NCBI GenBank assembly: GCA_965219345.1
Contig: OZ244732.1
Span: 256,001 to 320,000 of the forward strand
Direction: 5' to 3'
Length of the DNA: 64,000 nucleotides
Source of the DNA: Nitrosopumilus sp.
Lineage (GTDB): Archaea > Thermoproteota > Nitrososphaeria > Nitrososphaerales > Nitrosopumilaceae
Shown here: in pieces, positions 60,962-64,000 of the stretch
How the letters are laid out: each line of letters begins with the position of its first letter
How positions within the stretch are numbered: the stretch's first letter is position 1
Notes under the pieces: generated by a model
Database searches by the model: none
What the model saw: only the letters and a program-made list of their open reading frames with translations
Told to the model about the DNA's origin: nothing
Position numbers and translations under genes: made by a program

Positions 60962-61627
60962 ATGGATATTTTCAAATTTGATGTTTATCGGGGGCCAAAC
61001 CTTGGAATCTACATTAGTGTTAACGACAGTCTGGTTATGGTTCCAATGGGTTATGCCAAATCAAAAGCAGAAAAGCTTGCAAAATATCTTGATGCAGATA
61101 TTCTTTATACATCAATTGCAAATACTAGGTTAATTGGAACATTATCTGTAATGAATAACAGGGGAATCTTACTTCCTAAAACTGCATATCAAAATGAGTA
61201 TGATGTATTGAAAAAAGAGACCAATCTTGAAGTTGGTGTGTTAGATTCAAAATTTACTGCACTTGGAAATGTAATCTGTGCAAATGATAAAGGGGCAGTT
61301 GTGTCCCCTTGGTTGTCAGATAATGATTGCCAAACCATTAAAGATGTTCTTGGAGTTGAAATAATTCAGAAAAGAATTGCAGGGTTCAATCAGACAGGAG
61401 TAGTTCTTGTTGCAAACAATACTGGCGCTGCAATCCATCCGGAAGCTGATGAAGAAGACATGAAGACTTTTGCCAATCTCCTAGGCGTGAAAGTAGAGCA
61501 GAGCTCAGTTAATAATGGTACTCCATATGTCTCTTCTGGAATTCTTGCAAATAATCATGCACTAGTTGTGGGATCATTAACTACTGGTCCTGAGATTATG
61601 ATGCTGACTAGGGCTTTTCTAAATTAA
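60962..61627 (+). CDS. eif6: Translation initiation factor 6 (aIF6)
   Basis: NLGIY, GNVICANDKGA and SVNNG.PYVSSG motifs. Confidence 0.93.
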   Translation: MDIFKFDVYRGPNLGIYISVNDSLVMVPMGYAKSKAEKLAKYLDADILYTSIANTRLIGTLSVMNNRGILLPKTAYQNEYDVLKKETNLEVGVLDSKFTALGNVICANDKGAVVSPWLSDNDCQTIKDVLGVEIIQKRIAGFNQTGVVLVANNTGAAIHPEADEEDMKTFANLLGVKVEQSSVNNGTPYVSSGILANNHALVVGSLTTGPEIMMLTRAFLN

Positions 61628-62888
61628 GAACAGAGTTTGGATCTTCGGTAAGTTTTTCCAAAGATATTACTACTTCTGTTCCATCAATCATATCACGCAG
61701 AACAACATTTCCTTCTTCTAGTTCCTTTGGTCCTACAATAATTGAGAATCTTGCATTTGTTGCTATCTCCATCTGTTTCTTTAGGTTACGCCCTGCCAAG
61801 TCAATGTCAGTTGGGATATTAGCTAGACGCAGCAGTGATGTAATTGAATGTGCAACTTTTTGCATCTCATCATTGATGTATAGTACAGCAACTCTGTTCT
61901 GTTTTAATTCTGGAATGATTCCTTGCTCTTGCATTGTTAGAATGATTCTCTCAACTCCACCTGCAACTCCTGTAGCTCCAATGTCTTCTCTTCCAAATGC
62001 TTTGGTTAGTGAGTCATATCGTCCGCCACCGGCAAGAGCCCCCAATGTAGAGTTTTTGTCAAATACTTCAAAAACTATACCTGAATAGTAATCCAATCCC
62101 CTAACTATTCCAAAGTTAATTCTTACATTTGATACTCCACGATTTTCCAATGAATCTATTAGTTGTTTTAGCTCATCCCAAGACTCTAGTTGTGATGTAT
62201 CGAATGCTTTTTCAACTTCTGTGATGCTTCCTTTGATTTGTGAGAACTCTAGAATTTTTTCTAGCTTGTCTGTTTCATATCTGTCTTTGAATTCCTTTAG
62301 TATCTCTTCTTTGGATTTTTTTGAAATTTTATCTACTGCTCGTAAAATATCAGCCACCAGCTGTGGTTCTTTGGAATCAAAAATTTTGTTAATGTAAGAC
62401 TCTACAAGATTTCTGTGGTTAATGTCAATAGTGATATTTTTCAGTAATAGCGAATCAAATAGCCGAGATGTCAATTCAATGGCTTCAGCCTCAGATTCGA
62501 GGGTAGCCTTGCCGTAAATCTCAATATCCCACTGGTGAAAGTATCGGTATCTTCCCTTTTGAGGTTCGTCATATCTGAATACTCCACCAAAGCTTGAGAT
62601 CTTTGCTGGAAGCTTCATCGACTTTTGAGATGCTGCATATCTCGTCATGCCAACTGTAAAGTCATATCGTAGTGCTACTTCCCTATCTCCTTTGTCTGTG
62701 AAGAAGTAGATTTCATCTTTTATTGCTGGTCCTGATTTTGTCTCCAATACTGAAAGTAATTCAATTGGTGATGGATCCATAAATGAGAATCCATATAGAT
62801 TGGAAAGTTGCTTGAAATGATATCTGATATGCTCTATGTTTACAGTTTCAGACTTTTCAAAGTCTTTCATGCCTCGAGGTAATTCCAA
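61608..62888 (-). CDS. hisS: Histidine--tRNA ligase
   Basis: PRGMKD, LRYDFT, FRYDEPQKGRYRYF.Q, RGLDYY and GGGRYD motifs. Confidence 0.97.
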   Translation of the reverse strand: MELPRGMKDFEKSETVNIEHIRYHFKQLSNLYGFSFMDPSPIELLSVLETKSGPAIKDEIYFFTDKGDREVALRYDFTVGMTRYAASQKSMKLPAKISSFGGVFRYDEPQKGRYRYFHQWDIEIYGKATLESEAEAIELTSRLFDSLLLKNITIDINHRNLVESYINKIFDSKEPQLVADILRAVDKISKKSKEEILKEFKDRYETDKLEKILEFSQIKGSITEVEKAFDTSQLESWDELKQLIDSLENRGVSNVRINFGIVRGLDYYSGIVFEVFDKNSTLGALAGGGRYDSLTKAFGREDIGATGVAGGVERIILTMQEQGIIPELKQNRVAVLYINDEMQKVAHSITSLLRLANIPTDIDLAGRNLKKQMEIATNARFSIIVGPKELEEGNVVLRDMIDGTEVVISLEKLTEDPNSVLNLEKP

Positions 62889-63001
62889 GATGAATAGTCT
62901 GTCAGGTGTTCTGATTTAGATATTTCTGTGATAATTGCGCCAAACTTGTAATACTGAAAACTACGATCATCTTTAAATTGATCTAGGCTAAAAAATTACT
63001 A

Positions 63002-64000
63002 GTGGTTAATTCACATATTCTTATTTTATTACTGGTTGGAATTTTATCATTAGTTTCTTTTCTATCTGATGTTTATGCTCAAGATGTTTACATTCAAGTC
63101 GATGATCTTCCAGATTGGGCAGATTATGCATCAGATGTAATGTATCTTTCTACAGAAGCATGGAAGGATGCAAACGAAGGATTAGAATTCTATAAAGTAG
63201 AAAGTGGTTCAGATTTCCGAGTTCAATGGGTTCGAGAATTTGGTGTAGAGCATGTGGGTTATGCATATGGGAATCAATTCATCGAAGTAGGTTTAGGTGA
63301 TAGTAATTGTGGAAATCAATGGAATCCCTATTCTGAAAGATACATTTCTCATATCATGAAACATGAAATTGGACATGTTTTTGGTCATGAACATGATAAT
63401 AACCCTGATTCCATAATGTATCCTGTAGCTTTGAATTTGGAATATGATATTGTTAAAGCAGAATATCGTCTTACTGAAGGATATGGACAGTTTATCCAAT
63501 TTTGTACCATCAAAGATTTGACTTCTTATGAGTTTAATATTTCAACAACAGATAAAACCTATGGTTTTGATTACTATATTGTTCCTTCAAGTAATGAATT
63601 TTTAAAATGGAGTGAAGGTAAAACATTTCAACATTATTCAAACAATGAATGTTTTGGAGAGAATTGGTTGAGTATTTCTGGTACGTGTAAGGGAGTTTCT
63701 ACAGGTAGTGGAATAATGGTACTAATGGATAGTGAATTAACATCTCCATTAGTGACAATCACTGTTAAACAATTAGAACAGCCTAACATTGTAAACTCAA
63801 AATCTTTCCTAACCTCAAAATCAACCACACAAGAATATGCCCCACCTGTTTTTGATACAGAACTTCAAGTATCCATGCTTGAGAGTCAGATTAACGGTTT
63901 ACAAGATAAAGTGATTTCTCTAGAGGCATTAGTTGCACAATTAGAACAGGAAAATAAGCAATTCCAAACTATGTCTGCAAAAGAATTAGCAGAACAAAGA
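63002..64000 (+). CDS. Secreted matrixin-like (metzincin) metalloprotease; runs off the window
   Basis: Manual translation from GTG 63002: signal peptide, HEIGHVFGHEH, Met-turn SIMYP, and a coiled-coil near the window end. Confidence 0.85.
   Translation, partial: MVNSHILILLLVGILSLVSFLSDVYAQDVYIQVDDLPDWADYASDVMYLSTEAWKDANEGLEFYKVESGSDFRVQWVREFGVEHVGYAYGNQFIEVGLGDSNCGNQWNPYSERYISHIMKHEIGHVFGHEHDNNPDSIMYPVALNLEYDIVKAEYRLTEGYGQFIQFCTIKDLTSYEFNISTTDKTYGFDYYIVPSSNEFLKWSEGKTFQHYSNNECFGENWLSISGTCKGVSTGSGIMVLMDSELTSPLVTITVKQLEQPNIVNSKSFLTSKSTTQEYAPPVFDTELQVSMLESQINGLQDKVISLEALVAQLEQENKQFQTMSAKELAEQR

Overview
This window is AT-rich DNA from an ammonia-oxidising archaeon (Nitrosopumilus-like Thaumarchaeota). 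The assignment rests on the nuo operon, the 3HP/4HB-cycle acetyl/propionyl-CoA carboxylase, sdhACDB, Alba, GINS-MCM-Hel308, RFC, TFB, aIF6, hisS and four tRNAs. Three integrase-associated defence islands interrupt the core backbone. Island 1 (~927-11074) lies between nuoB and nuoC. It carries a Schlafen(AlbA_2)-APAZ / short Argonaute / DUF4238 three-gene operon, a metallophosphoesterase, a HEPN-like protein, an IS6-like transposase and a decayed integrase. Island 2 (~12060-24200) lies upstream of nuoA. It carries a type I R-M locus whose two opposed hsdS genes share nested 54-bp and 62-bp inverted repeats enclosing hsdM, next to an intact tyrosine recombinase: a candidate archaeal R-M shufflon. 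Island 3 (~35056-37844), at tRNA-Asp, carries an anti-phage dCTP deaminase. Other oddities are a dense GATC cluster in the GINS/RFC divergent promoter region, a tandem-repeat tail on Alba, a HemA paralogue lacking the catalytic Cys, and an identical 20-bp promoter upstream of two ferredoxins. All protein calls come from motif recognition by eye; no searches were run.
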